Below are positions 55,838 through 64,000 of a stretch of 64,000 nt of DNA, piece after piece (the first letter of the stretch is position 1; each line of letters starts with the position of its first letter). Source of the DNA: Mesorhizobium sp. (GTDB lineage Bacteria; Pseudomonadota; Alphaproteobacteria; Rhizobiales; Rhizobiaceae). Below the pieces are notes generated by a model. It did not search any database and had not been told where the DNA came from. It worked only from the letters and a program-made list of their open reading frames with translations. Position numbers and translations under genes: made by a program. The stretch is taken from contig SAQG01000025.1 in the NCBI GenBank assembly GCA_004020315.1, positions 13,919-77,918 of the forward strand. The letters run 5' to 3'.

Positions 55838-56578
55838 ATGACCGGCATTGAAAAAACCGCCGCAACACGATTGACCAATTTCGTCAGGGGCGCGCGTGCG
55901 GCGCTGGTGCTTGCCGCGGTCGGCGCCGCCTTGTGGCAGACGGCGGCCATCTCGGCCGAGAAGGCGGTGGTGATCCCGCCGCCGGCGATGGACGAGAAAC
56001 CCACCGCCGGCCCCGCCAAGGCGGTCTTCGCCGGCGGTTGCTTCTGGGGCGTGCAAGGCGTGTTCCAGCACGTCAAGGGCGTGACCAGCGCCGTTTCCGG
56101 CTATGCCGGCGGCGACAAGGACACCGCCGACTACGAGACGGTCGGCACCGGCCGGACCGGGCACGCCGAGGCCGTCGAGATCACCTATGAGCCATCCAAA
56201 GTGACTTACGGCCAGTTGCTGCAGGTGTATTTCTCGGTCGCGCACAACCCGACGCAGCTGAACTACCAGGGTCCGGACCGCGGCCCCCAATACCGTTCGA
56301 CGATCTTTGCCGAAAACGACGCGCAGAAGAAGATCGCCGAGAGCTACATCGCCCAGCTCGACAAGGCCAAGGTGTTTTCAGAGCCGATCGTGACCACGCT
56401 GGAGACCGGCAAACCCTTCTACCCGGCCGAGGACTATCACCAGGACTTTTTGACGCTGAACCCGACCTACCCCTATATCGTCTACAACGACCTGCCCAAG
56501 ATCGAGAATTTGAAGCGGCTATTCCCGGATCTTTACAGCGACAAGCCGGTGCTGGTGCTGGCCGCCAACAAGAGCTGA
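55838..56578 (+). CDS. msrA: Peptide-methionine (S)-S-oxide reductase with an N-terminal export signal
   Basis: ATG at 55838 inside ORF 55778..56578. Catalytic GGCFWGVQ motif and a hydrophobic leader ALVLAAVGAALWQTAAISA. Confidence 0.9.
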   Translation: MTGIEKTAATRLTNFVRGARAALVLAAVGAALWQTAAISAEKAVVIPPPAMDEKPTAGPAKAVFAGGCFWGVQGVFQHVKGVTSAVSGYAGGDKDTADYETVGTGRTGHAEAVEITYEPSKVTYGQLLQVYFSVAHNPTQLNYQGPDRGPQYRSTIFAENDAQKKIAESYIAQLDKAKVFSEPIVTTLETGKPFYPAEDYHQDFLTLNPTYPYIVYNDLPKIENLKRLFPDLYSDKPVLVLAANKS

Positions 56579-56726
56579 TCCTTTGCGACGCGCTTAGGGC
56601 AGCGAGCGGGCAGCAATGCCTGCTTAAAGCGCGTCGCGCGTGATGGGATTCATGCGACGCGCTTTAAGTCTTTGTTTTATCCATGTCGTTATCCCAAAAC
56701 CGCTGCGCACTTTTGGGCGACATGGA

Positions 56727-57429
<703 letters not shown>

Positions 57430-57452
<23 letters not shown>

Positions 57453-58089
57453 TGAGCTTCCTTTCCAGGAGCTGGCTGGATTTCGACAGCGGCCAGCACA
57501 AAGCAAAGTAGATGAGCGCGACCAGGCCATAGACGGTGAACGGCTGGAACGTCGCGTTGGTGACGATCGAACCGGCCTTCGACAGTTCGACGAAGCCGAT
57601 GATTGAGGTGAGCGCGGTGCCCTTCACCACCTGCACCGAGAAGCCGACCGTCGGCGGCACCGCCACTTTCAGCGCCTGCGGCAGGATGACGTAGCGCATC
57701 TGCTGGAGATAACCCATGCCGAGGCTGGCGGACGCCTCCCATTGACCCTTGGCGATGCTCTCGACGCAGCCGCGCCAGATTTCGGCGAGGAAGGCAGCGG
57801 TCCACAGGACGAGCGCGACACAAGCGGCAAGCCAGGCAGGAACGTCGATGCCGAACAGGCCAAGGCCGAAGAAAGCGAGAAAAAGCTGCATCAGGAGCGG
57901 CGTGCCCTGGAACAGCTGGATGTAGCCGCGTGACAGAAGCTGTATCCCACGCCGGCCGCCGATGCGCAGGAAAAGCAGGGCCGCACCGACGATGCCGCCA
58001 CCGATAAAGGAGACCAGCGAGAGGACAACGGTCCAACGGGCGGCCAGAAGCAGATTACGCAGGATGTCCCAGAAGCTGAACTCAGTCAT
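57430..58089 (-). CDS. Amino acid ABC transporter permease (His/Glu/Gln/Arg/opine family)
   Basis: ATG at 58089 (MTEFSFWDILRNL) inside ORF 57430..58170. Multi-span protein with a GTPLLMQLFL block. Confidence 0.85.
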
Positions 58090-58099
58090 GGCGCCTGTC

Positions 58100-58771
58100 T
58101 CATCGCGACGCCTTCCTTGGAAACAGCATCCAGCCCAGGCCGGCCAGCAGCTGGCGCAGCAGGATCGCAAGCGCCAGATAGATCAAAGTGGAGACGATGT
58201 AGGTTTCGAAGGCCCTGAAATTGCGCGACTGGATGAAGTTGGCGGCGAAGGTCAGGTCCTCGGCGGCGATCTGCGAAACGACGGCCGAACCCAGCATGAC
58301 GATAACGATCTGCGACGACAGCGCAGGCCAGATACGCTGCAGAGCCGGGACCAGAACCACGTACCAGAAGGTCTGGAACGGGGTCATGGCAAGGCTAGCG
58401 CCGGCTTCGAACTGGCCACGTGGCGTGGCCTGGATGCCGGCGCGGATAATCTCGCAGCTGTAGGCGCCGAGATTGACGATCATGGCGAGATTGGCGGCGG
58501 TCAGTTCCGACATCCTGATGCCAAGCGACGGCAGGCCGAAGAAGATGAAGAACAGCTGGATGAGGAACGGCGTGTTGCGGATCAGCTCGACATAGGTCGC
58601 GACGACGGGTCTTAGCCATTTCGGCCCGAGGGCGCGCACCCAGGCGCAGGCGATGCCCAAGGCGACACCGAACACCGCGCCGATCAGGATGAGCTGCACG
58701 GTGATCCGGATGCCTTTGAGCAGCACCGGCAGGGACTCGATCAGCCAGCCGAAATCGAAGTGATAGGTCAT
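58100..58771 (-). CDS. Amino acid ABC transporter permease
   Basis: ORF 58100..58771. ELIRNTPFLIQLFFIFFGLP block, typical of polar amino acid permeases. Confidence 0.85.
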   Translation of the reverse strand: MTYHFDFGWLIESLPVLLKGIRITVQLILIGAVFGVALGIACAWVRALGPKWLRPVVATYVELIRNTPFLIQLFFIFFGLPSLGIRMSELTAANLAMIVNLGAYSCEIIRAGIQATPRGQFEAGASLAMTPFQTFWYVVLVPALQRIWPALSSQIVIVMLGSAVVSQIAAEDLTFAANFIQSRNFRAFETYIVSTLIYLALAILLRQLLAGLGWMLFPRKASR

Positions 58772-58811
58772 GGCTTGCTATCTGACCTGAACCACACGCG
58801 GCGGGCGGCGA

Positions 58812-59606
58812 TCACAGGTCAGCTGGCAGGTCCACCTTCAGCCATTTCTGCGAAATCGCGTTGAGCGCGCCGTCGGACCTGGCAGCGGCGATGATGCCGT
58901 TGATCTTGGCCATCAATGCCGGCTCCTGCTTGTTCATGCCGATGTAGCAAGGCGAGTTCTTGATCAGGAATTTGAGCTCGGGCCGCTTGGGCGGGTTCTT
59001 TTCGAGGATGGCGGCGGCGACGACATTTCCGGTCGCGATCACCTCGACCTGGCCCGAAAGGAAAGCTGAAATAGTGCCGTTGTTGTCCTCGTAGCGTTTG
59101 ATCTCGACGCTCGCGGGCACGACCTTGGTCAGTTCGAGGTCTTCGATCGCGCCGCGGGTGACGCCAACGGTCTTGCCGGCGAGGTCTTGCGCCTTTGCGA
59201 CCGCGACATCCGCCGGAGCGAACACGCCGTTGTAGAAGGGGGCGTAGGCTTCGGAGAAGTCGATGACCTTCTCGCGATCGGGATTCTTGCCGAGGCTTGA
59301 AATGACCAGGTCGACCTTGTTGGTCTGGAGATAGGGAATGCGGTTGGCGCTGGTGACCGGGACGATCTCGACCTTGGCGCCAAGCTTTTCGCCAATCAGA
59401 TTGGCGATATCGATGTCGTAGCCTTGCGGCGTCATGTCGGCGCCGACACTGCCGAAGGGCGGGAAATCCTGTGGAACGGCGATGCGGATGGTGCCCCGCG
59501 CGCCGATGTCGCTCAAGGCGTCAGCCCGCGCCCGCGGAGACGGAGCCATGGCCATTCCAGCCACGGCGGCGAGGGCCAGCATGCACAGATTGCGACGGTT
59601 CATCAT
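58812..59606 (-). CDS. Amino acid ABC transporter substrate-binding protein
   Basis: ATG at 59606 (MMNRRNLCMLALAAVAGMAMA signal peptide) inside ORF 58812..59660. Family 3 solute-binding protein pattern GTIRIAVPQDFPPFG. Confidence 0.85.
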   Translation of the reverse strand: MMNRRNLCMLALAAVAGMAMAPSPRARADALSDIGARGTIRIAVPQDFPPFGSVGADMTPQGYDIDIANLIGEKLGAKVEIVPVTSANRIPYLQTNKVDLVISSLGKNPDREKVIDFSEAYAPFYNGVFAPADVAVAKAQDLAGKTVGVTRGAIEDLELTKVVPASVEIKRYEDNNGTISAFLSGQVEVIATGNVVAAAILEKNPPKRPELKFLIKNSPCYIGMNKQEPALMAKINGIIAAARSDGALNAISQKWLKVDLPADL

Positions 59607-59782
59607 TTTCCCCTTTGACTGAACAAAACCGATTGGTCGCCAGGGCAAAGCAACAGACATGCCAAGCCATCGAAATCAGCGCGAATCGCGCTTTCCCAGC
59701 AGGATTGGGAAGGCGTTCTTCACGACCCAATGCCGCTCGACTGGCAGGCCGCCTAAATATTGTGCAGTGCGGCGGTTGTCCG

Positions 59783-60793
59783 TCAGTCGTAGGTCAGGTC
59801 GGTCGCCTTGCCGCCGAAGACGCGGTAGGCATAAAACGAATAGAAAATGATGATCGGCAGCACGACCACCGTGCCGGCCAGGATGATGGCAAGGCTCTCG
59901 GGCGCGGACGCCGCCTGCCAGATGGTCAACCGGTCGGGCACGACGAAGGGATAGAACGACCAGGCGAGCCCGGCAAAGCCCAGCGTGAAGATGGCGGCCA
60001 GTGTCAAGAACGGCGTCAGCGAATGGCGATCGTCCGCCTTAGGCAGGTGGAAGGTCTGCCGCCACAGCCACGCGAACAGCACCGCCGACAGGATCGGCAG
60101 CGGCGACAGGTAGAGCATGGCGGGCCAGACGAACCATTTGTCGAAGATGCGCGGACTGGCGAGCGGCGTGGCCAGCGAGACGGCGACCATGCCGAGCGCG
60201 GTCAGCACCAGCGCCCGGCGCAGCCAGAGCACCGCCTTCTTCTGCAATTCGCCTTCCGTCTTGTAGATGACCCAGGCCGCGCCCATCGCCGCATAGGCGG
60301 CGGCAAGGCAGAGCGCCACCAGTGCGCCGAAGGCCATGCCGCCGAGGCCGACATCCAGGCCGAGCACATAGATCCCCAGCATGTAGCCCTGCGCCAGCGA
60401 GGCGATGACCGAGCCCAGGAAGAAAATGCGGTTCCAGCGATGCTTGCGGCCGGCCGGCACCTTGGCACGGAAATCGAAGGCGACGCCGCGCAGGATCAGG
60501 CCGACAAGGAGCAGGAAGACGGGAATGTAGAGCGCGGTGAGAATGGTGCCGTGCGCCAGCGGGAAGGCGACCAGCAGCAGGCCGACGGCCAGCACCAGCC
60601 ACGTCTCGTTGGCGTCCCAGAACGGGCCTATTGCCGCGATCATCGTATCCTGCTCGGCGTCCTCGGCGGCCGCGAACAGGATGCCGATGCCGAGATCAAA
60701 GCCGTCGAGGATGACGTAGATCAGGATGGCAAGGCCCATCAGGCCGGCGAAGATGAGGGGGAGCAATGTCGGCCAGTCGAGGGTCATCAGCAT
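59783..60793 (-). CDS. cydB: Cytochrome bd-type quinol oxidase subunit II
   Basis: N-terminus LIYVILDGFDLGIGILF and FWDANETWLVL, typical of CydB/CioB. Confidence 0.9.
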   Translation of the reverse strand: MLMTLDWPTLLPLIFAGLMGLAILIYVILDGFDLGIGILFAAAEDAEQDTMIAAIGPFWDANETWLVLAVGLLLVAFPLAHGTILTALYIPVFLLLVGLILRGVAFDFRAKVPAGRKHRWNRIFFLGSVIASLAQGYMLGIYVLGLDVGLGGMAFGALVALCLAAAYAAMGAAWVIYKTEGELQKKAVLWLRRALVLTALGMVAVSLATPLASPRIFDKWFVWPAMLYLSPLPILSAVLFAWLWRQTFHLPKADDRHSLTPFLTLAAIFTLGFAGLAWSFYPFVVPDRLTIWQAASAPESLAIILAGTVVVLPIIIFYSFYAYRVFGGKATDLTYD

Positions 60794-60797
60794 GCTC

Positions 60798-62156
60798 CTA
60801 TTTCGCCGCCGGCTGCGACAGCGGCGCGTCGAGAACGCCCGGCAGCGGCGAGGTATCGCCGTCCTTCGCCGCCTTCAGCGCCAGATAGACCAGCACGCCG
60901 AGATAGGCGATCAGAAGCAGCGCATAGAGGATGAGATAGACCGCAAGCGATAGCGCGACCTGGCTGCCGGCGACCGGGCCGACGGCATCGACGGTCTTCA
61001 GCACGCCGGTGACCAGCCAGGGCTGGCGGCCGATCTCGGTGGTGTACCAGCCGGCCAGCGTCGCCAGCCAGCCGGACAGCGCCATCGGCACCATCACCAG
61101 CGCCAGCGGTCTCGGCAGGCTGTGGCGTCGCTTGAGGAAAAAGGCGGCCGACCAGGAGACGACGAGCATCAGGACTCCGGTGCCGACCATGATGCGAAAA
61201 GCCCAGAACACCGGGAAGACCGGCGGGTGGTTGCCGGCATAGTCGTTCAGCCCCGGCACGACGCCGCTGGCGCTGTGCCTGAGGATGAGGCTGGCGCCAT
61301 CGGGGATGGCGAGCTCGAATTTATTCTCCCTCGCCGCCTCGTCGGGAAGCGCGAAAAGGACCAGCGGCACGTTGGGGCCGGTATTCCAGTTGGCCTCCAT
61401 GGCGGCGATCTTCTGCGGCTGATGCTCCAGCGTGTTGAGGCCATGCTGGTCGCCGGCGAAGATCTGGATGGGGATCAGGATCGCCGCGGTGAAGACACCG
61501 GTGCGCAAGGCCTTCCACATCGATTCCGAGCGGTCGCCATAGAGATAGCGCAGCGCCGACAAGCCGGCGATCAGGAACGAAACCGTCAGGCCGGAGGCAA
61601 GCAGCATGTGGACGAGCCGGTAGGGCATGGAGGGGTTGAAGACGATCGCCCACCAGTCGGTAGCGTGCGCTACGCCGTCGCGCATCTCAAAGCCGACCGG
61701 CGTCTGCATCCACGAATTGAGCGCGATGATCCAGAAGGCGGACAGGGTGGTGCCGCCGGCCACCAGCACGGTTGCAAGCGTGTGGATGCGGTTGGAGACG
61801 CGGCGGAAGCCGAACAGCATGATGCCGAGGAACGCCGCCTCGAGGAAGAAGGCGGTGAGTATCTCATAGGCGAGCAGCGGGCCGGCGATGTTGCCGACGG
61901 TTTCCATGTAACCCGGCCAGTTGGTGCCGAACTGGAAGCTCATGGTGACGCCCGAAACCACGCCCATGGCAAAGGACAGCGCGAACACCTTCACCCAGGT
62001 GAAATAGGCGCGCATCCAGGCGGTATCGCCTGTGGCGTTGTAGCGAAGCTTGAAGAACAGCAGCATCCAGCCAAGCGCGATGGTGATAGCCGGAAACAGG
62101 ATATGGAACGAGATGTTCGCGCCGAACTGGATGCGCGAAAGGATGAGCGGGTCCAT
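60798..62156 (-). CDS. cydA: Cytochrome bd-type quinol oxidase subunit I (short form, CIO-like by length)
   Basis: ATG at 62156 (MDPLILSRIQFGANISFHILFP) inside ORF 60798..62192. At 452 aa it is shorter than the long-Q-loop E. coli type. Confidence 0.9.
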   Translation of the reverse strand: MDPLILSRIQFGANISFHILFPAITIALGWMLLFFKLRYNATGDTAWMRAYFTWVKVFALSFAMGVVSGVTMSFQFGTNWPGYMETVGNIAGPLLAYEILTAFFLEAAFLGIMLFGFRRVSNRIHTLATVLVAGGTTLSAFWIIALNSWMQTPVGFEMRDGVAHATDWWAIVFNPSMPYRLVHMLLASGLTVSFLIAGLSALRYLYGDRSESMWKALRTGVFTAAILIPIQIFAGDQHGLNTLEHQPQKIAAMEANWNTGPNVPLVLFALPDEAARENKFELAIPDGASLILRHSASGVVPGLNDYAGNHPPVFPVFWAFRIMVGTGVLMLVVSWSAAFFLKRRHSLPRPLALVMVPMALSGWLATLAGWYTTEIGRQPWLVTGVLKTVDAVGPVAGSQVALSLAVYLILYALLLIAYLGVLVYLALKAAKDGDTSPLPGVLDAPLSQPAAK

Positions 62157-62387
62157 GGCGGGCTCCGGCTGCTGCTTATGGTTGCGGAACATAGGCCGGA
62201 TGCGTCAAACGGTCAAAGCGGCGTGGCGTCACGCGAGGCGGAACGCCGCAGGACTGCGGCAGCGGTGGATGCGTCGTCGCATGCCGATGTCCAGAACTGT
62301 CAGGAGCGCCATTGACTTCCGGCTGCGCGCACCGACATTCAGCGGATTGAATCAACAGACCTCCTTTCAAGCAGCCGTTTTTCAGCC

Positions 62388-63314
62388 ATGCCACCGATCA
62401 TTTCCATTTCCGGGGTCACCAAGACCTACGCCACCGGTTTCAAGGCGCTGAAGGAGATCAACCTCGATATCGAGCGCGGCGAGATTTTTGCGCTGCTCGG
62501 GCCGAACGGCGCCGGCAAGACGACGCTGATCTCGATCGTCTGCGGTATCGTCAACCGCTCGTCGGGCACGGTCACCGTGGACGGCAACGACATCAGCCGG
62601 GATTATCGCGCCGCACGCAGCCTCATCGGGCTGGTGCCGCAGGAACTGACCATCGACGCATTCGAGACCGTGTGGGCGACGGTCAACTACAGCCGCGGCC
62701 TGTTCGGCAAGCCGACCAACCACGCCTTCGTCGAGAAAGTGCTGCGCGACCTGTCGTTGTGGGACAAGAAGGACGCCAAGGCGATCACCCTGTCCGGCGG
62801 CATGAAGCGGCGGCTGATGATCGCCAAGGCGCTGTCGCACGAACCGAGGGTGCTGTTCCTCGACGAGCCGACAGCCGGCGTCGATGTCGAGCTGCGTCAG
62901 GACATGTGGGCGATGGTGCGCCGGCTGCGCGAGGATGGCGTCACCATCATCCTGACCACGCACTATATCGAGGAAGCCGAGGCGATGGCCGATCGCGTCG
63001 GCGTCATCAATCGCGGTGAGATCGTGCTGGTTGAGGACAAGGTCCAACTGATGCGCACGCTCGGCCGCAAACGGCTGTTGCTGGAACTGCGCAGTCCGCT
63101 CGCCACCATACCCGAGACGTTGTCGCGCTACGCACTGGAGCTTTCGCCGGACGGTGATCAACTGACTTACACCTATGACAACCAGAGCGAACGGCCGGGC
63201 GTCGCCTCGCTGCTGCGCGACCTCGAGACGGCCGGCATCCAGTTCCGCGATATCGACACGCAAAACAGCTCGCTTGAGGAGATCTTCGTCAACCTGGTGA
63301 GGAAGGACGCATGA
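62388..63314 (+). CDS. ABC-2 type exporter ATP-binding protein
   Basis: Walker [10 protein letters not shown], signature LSGGMKRRL, Walker [12 protein letters not shown]. Confidence 0.9.
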   Translation: MPPIISISGVTKTYATGFKALKEINLDIERGEIFALLGPNGAGKTTLISIVCGIVNRSSGTVTVDGNDISRDYRAARSLIGLVPQELTIDAFETVWATVNYSRGLFGKPTNHAFVEKVLRDLSLWDKKDAKAITLSGGMKRRLMIAKALSHEPRVLFLDEPTAGVDVELRQDMWAMVRRLREDGVTIILTTHYIEEAEAMADRVGVINRGEIVLVEDKVQLMRTLGRKRLLLELRSPLATIPETLSRYALELSPDGDQLTYTYDNQSERPGVASLLRDLETAGIQFRDIDTQNSSLEEIFVNLVRKDA

Positions 63315-64000
63315 ACCTGCGTGCAGTCTGGGCGATCTACAAGATGGAGATGGCGCGCGCTTTTCGGACCGTGCTGCAGAGCATCGTCTCGCCGGTCATC
63401 TCGACATCGCTCTATTTCGTCGTCTTCGGCTCGGCCATCGGCTCGCGCATCACCGAGATCGACGGCATCAGCTACGGCGCCTTCATCGTGCCGGGGCTGA
63501 TCATGCTGTCGCTGCTGACGCAGTCGATCTCCAACGCCTCCTTCGCCATCTATTTCCCGAAATTCGTCGGCTCGATCTACGAACTGCTGTCGGCGCCGGT
63601 GTCCTATCTGGAGATCATCATTGCCTACGTCGGGGGTGCGGCGACCAAGTCGATCATACTCGGCCTGATCATCCTTGGGACCGCGTCGCTGTTCGTGCCG
63701 CTGACCATCGAGCATCCGTTCTGGATGCTCTCCTTCCTGGTGCTGACGTCGGTGACCTTCAGCCTGTTCGGGTTCATCATCGGCATCTGGGCGAAGAGCT
63801 TCGAGCAGCTGCAGCTGGTGCCGCTGCTGATCATCACACCGCTTACGTTCCTTGGCGGAAGCTTCTATTCGATCGACATGCTGCCCGGCATCTGGCGCAC
63901 GGTGACGCTGTTCAACCCTGTCCTTTATCTGGTCAGCGGCTTTCGCTGGAGTTTCTACGGCAAATCCGACGTCTCGATCGGCATCAGTCTCGGCATGACC
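63311..64000 (+). CDS. ABC-2 type transporter permease, 3' end beyond the window
   Basis: The ATG at 63311 overlaps the ATPase stop (ATGA). Hand translation [40 protein letters not shown] is hydrophobic and multi-span. It is open to the window end, so it is not in the track. Confidence 0.8.
   Translation, partial: MNLRAVWAIYKMEMARAFRTVLQSIVSPVISTSLYFVVFGSAIGSRITEIDGISYGAFIVPGLIMLSLLTQSISNASFAIYFPKFVGSIYELLSAPVSYLEIIIAYVGGAATKSIILGLIILGTASLFVPLTIEHPFWMLSFLVLTSVTFSLFGFIIGIWAKSFEQLQLVPLLIITPLTFLGGSFYSIDMLPGIWRTVTLFNPVLYLVSGFRWSFYGKSDVSIGISLGMT

Noticed and set aside
59661-59782. A cydX-like small subunit gene after the bd oxidase subunit II gene
   Set aside because: The only short frame there (VKNAFPILLGKRDSR, 15 codons) lacks the hydrophobic single-span character of CydX.
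62345-62356. TTGAATCAA near the bd oxidase / ABC-2 divergent region as an FNR/FixK box
   Set aside because: The half-sites are separated by 1 nt rather than the TTGAT-N4-ATCAA spacing.

Overview
High-GC segment (over 60% G+C by eye) whose gene content and repeats look like a Rhizobiales, Mesorhizobium-like, alpha-proteobacterial chromosome. All calls come from hand reading of the ORF track and sequence; no database search was run. I support about 58 protein genes and found no rRNA, tRNA, CRISPR, IS, transposase or integrase. In order: hydantoinase A (partial); fpr; deoC plus a two-module aldehyde dehydrogenase; an SDR/FAH-hydrolase pair; a divergent amino-sugar regulon (murQ, ABC importer and oxidoreductase versus GlcNAc kinase, GntR, SIS deaminase and nagA) with TGGTATT-N4-TGGTATT operators; matB-matA; rpe; dnaK-dnaJ-methyltransferase; FMN reductase-pyrF-DUF1330; a PuuR/PuuB/Pot-like amine operon headed by an ATP-grasp ligase; SDR-dgoK-dgoA-lactonase; gshB; comM/yifB; glcB; a second hydantoinase-like gene; DUF559; a CDGSH protein; lepA; an orphan TadG-like gene; msrA; an amino-acid ABC importer; a bd-type oxidase; an ABC-2 exporter (partial). 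Main findings: (1) a ~1.75 kb AT-rich islet (50.4-52.15 kb) carries one AbiK/Abi-P2-like (UG/Abi class) reverse transcriptase with a helical C-domain and an unusual acidic tail, a candidate anti-phage system with no partner gene. (2) A hairpin-hairpin-G-tail repeat superfamily always occurs as inverted doublets; one doublet has 47-bp perfect arms that bracket the DUF559 nuclease gene, as REPINs bracket RAYT genes. (3) matA, comM and a cupin gene each lack exactly one nucleotide. (4) A decayed comM fragment lies downstream of comM.
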